Source of the DNA: Hemiscyllium ocellatum
Lineage: Eukaryota
DNA length: 64,000 nt
Direction of reading: 5' to 3'
NCBI RefSeq assembly: GCF_020745735.1
Contig: NW_026869299.1
Location: 62,001-126,000, forward strand
The notes under the pieces were generated by a model. It saw nothing but the letters and a program-made list of their open reading frames with translations. It was not told where the DNA came from and made no database searches. The position numbers and the translations under genes are program-made. Shown one piece after another: positions 61,621-64,000 of this stretch (the stretch's first letter is position 1; every line of letters begins with the position of its first letter).

Positions 61621-64000
61621 ATGCTCTTTGTGCGAGAGAGAATTTAAGTCATGGGACAAAATCTGCTGTTGAAACCATGGGAATAGCCCTGCATGGGTAA
61701 GAGGCATGGTCGGGGTGAGGACAGATCCCATGATGTAGAATACTTGGGTCTGACAGTCAGTACTGAACAAATGTGAGGATCACATGATTGCCAGGAGCAA
61801 TACACAGCCAATGCTTCAGAACATCCAACAAGGCTGTCTGAACGTGTGTGTTCTCCTGGTCCACCGAGTGTGGAAGAAATCTCTGAGGGTGAGATGGAGA
61901 CTGCAGGTGTGCAGCATTCTCGCCGTTACCATGTGTGGAAGAAGGTAAACATTTTCTGAGATGCAAGAGGTGGACAGCAGACCAGCACATGCCGACATTA
62001 GCCAAGCCAGAGTCGGAGTTAGTGGACTGAGTCGGTAATTGCCTCAGGAAATGTTGCAGGAAAAAGAAAGGGCCTACAGCTCAAGACTTAGGGCAGAATG
62101 ACAGACATGATTGGTACAGAGTCAGCCAGGGAATCGCATTAACATAATATCCTACATTTCGCTGTTAATCTGATCCAAGCAGAGTGTCCTTACTGTTAGG
62201 TGTGTCATAGCTTTTGTTACACTTGAGGAGCTGTCTCTAAGAAGGCTTAGGTCAGTGTAAAATACTGTGCACGTGTAAAATGTTGAACTGTATCCCACAG
62301 CATATTGCATGCAAGGAGCTCAGCAATCCTCAGTCTTTGATGGAACAGGGAAAGCTGTCCTCCAACTTAAGAATGAGTCTGCAGGTACAATTGGTATTCT
62401 CCCTGAGGCATTGAAGTGGATAAGCACTGAGCTCCCAATGCAGCTTGCATGCTCTTGTCTACCTTATCTGGAAGGAGGAGAGCGTCCCTGGAGAGCTCAC
62501 TGATGCCACAGTTGAGAGTGTTTTCAAAAAAAGAGAACGTGTCAGACTGTGCTAATTACAGCAAAATCTCCCTGATGTCGACCATTGGAAAGTGTATCGC
62601 CAAGGTCCTTGTCAACTGTCTCCTGCATGTGCCCCAGGAACCCATCCCGATATTTCGGTGTGTATTTCAGTCCCAGGCAGGTAAAAAGGACATGAAGTTT
62701 ACTGTTCTATACGGCGCACTTCGTCCTTACAAAGGCCTTTGACACCATCAAATAGGAAGCGTATGTGGAGCGTTCTTCTCAGCTTCAGTTGCATCATGAA
62801 ATTTGTCACCCTTCCTCACTTGATCCAGAACAATGTGTGACCCATCTTAATGACAAATAGCTTCAACACTGAACCATTCTGCCTCTGAACCGGTGTTGAG
62901 CGGGGCTATGTCATCACCATGAAACCGCTCTGAATCTACCTCACTGCAGAACCTCACCACAGATAAGCTGTCCACTGTTAGGCCAAGAGGGCTCGTTTTG
63001 AAGTCCTGCAATGTTGCTGTCCCAGTAACTCTTGATGGGGGTGAGTGTGAGTGATAGGTTGTTTTTCGTTGCAATGAGGAGGTGTTCTTCCTGTGTATTT
63101 TTATCCATTCCCAGATTGCTTTCTCAGGAGTGTTCAATAACGACAGAGCAGATGTGATTTAAAGAAGATTTTTCCTTGAAATGCACAAATGCTGGAAATC
63201 ACAGTGTGTCAGATATAATCCATGAGAGAGAGCAAGCTAAGATTTTGTGTCCAGATGACCCCGCATCCGAGGTGTTCATTGGTTGTTTGTTTTATTTGAC
63301 TAACTTGACTTTATTTTTATTTTGACGCCGTATGACCCATGCCCATGAGTGGTTGGTGGGCACAGGGAGAGCGAAATTTTGATTGTTTATTTTCTGCTGT
63401 CTTTCCCTTGAGGAACAGTGTCTTTCTTTGTTTTACAAAGTGAAGGCAGCTTTTGTTTCTGTTTTGGAAGAGCAGAGTGTATGTCCTGGTACTCTGCCTT
63501 TTGGGACAGAGTTTGTTGCACACAGGGGTGTTGGTTTTCACACTGGACACTTGTGATGAATATAGGAATCGGTGATGTATCCAGTGCCATTTGTCATTGA
63601 TGTAAAGGATTTGGATGAGATTGTAGGCTGCATGGTTTGTGAGGAGTGGTCAGTGGAGTATAATTTTAATACTGTAAAATGTTGCATTTTGGTAAGAGGA
63701 ACAAGGCAAGACCACCTTTGGAATGGTCCGTGGAGTGTTGTCGATCATAGAGTCCTAGGGGCTGACAGAACCTCTACACTGCAGAAGTAGGCCATTGGCA
63801 CAGCAGGCCCACACTATCAGTCCTATTTCCCTTACGTGCAAAAGTCGAGGCACAAATCAAGAGCCTGGAAAGCTAAACGATCATCAAACCACTACAGTGT
63901 GCCCTATGTGCAGCGCTATTCTAATCCATTATGTGTCAATTTGCCTATGTGGAGATTTCAAAGAATCGATGGGCGAATTTTTGAAGCCAGGAATATAACC

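Larger units (their letters stand above)
41020..64000 (+). repeat. Degenerate tandem array of a chimeric ~4 kb unit (Gypsy pol/3' LTR - RTE RT - segment X - Penelope hammerhead end - segment Y - CR1 fragment)
   Basis: Anchor CATCCATGAGAGAGAGCAAGCTAAG-like at 44897, 47070, 52158, 54290, 55233, 59167, 63217. RTE anchor CTGGAAGGAGGAGA-like at ~43049, 46395, 51133, 53557, 54487, 58698, 62469. Same order and junctions each time; continues past the window end. Confidence 0.88.

Noticed and set aside
1-64000. V/D/J segments or recombination signal sequences
   Set aside because: The CACAGTG/CACTGTG heptamers I found (e.g. ~3711, 16925, 22460, 45103, 61238 and within HE1 heads) showed no obvious nonamer at 12/23 spacing, and no V-domain ORF exists. 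This was not an exhaustive scan.
41020-64000. CRISPR-like array or tandem protein-coding gene family
   Set aside because: Eukaryotic DNA; units are kb-scale decayed TE chimeras, and the recurring short ORFs (e.g. LVNYYG, SEMDMADVAAL, PEALK) are Gypsy/RTE remnants with copy-specific stops.

Overview
Cartilaginous-fish (shark) genomic DNA; the IgM sequence and HE1 SINEs suggest a carpet shark (Orectolobiformes), which is an inference. Bases ~2.3-9.1 kb hold the 3' part of one IgM heavy-chain gene on the + strand: CH2, CH3, CH4 with secretory tailpiece, TM1 and TM2. All have intact frames, GT-AG splice sites and poly(A) signals. V, D, J and CH1 must lie upstream of the window. From ~10 to 41 kb the sequence is mostly decayed transposons: CR1/HER1-like and L2-like LINEs, HE1 and Deu SINEs, a solo LTR, Tigger, Buster-hAT and MITE DNA elements, and three Penelope-like elements. 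An isolated CpG-rich promoter-like island with a splice donor sits at ~33.9-34.25 kb. From ~41 kb to the window end lies a degenerate head-to-tail array of a chimeric ~4 kb unit (Gypsy pol + 3' LTR, RTE RT fragment, unassigned segment with a mini-intron-like module, Penelope hammerhead end, CR1 fragment). It has at least 8 full or deleted copies with copy-specific later insertions. No other protein-coding gene is supported. Exon, TIR, TSD and motif coordinates were counted by hand; transposon fragment boundaries are approximate and family names come from motif recognition, not database searches.
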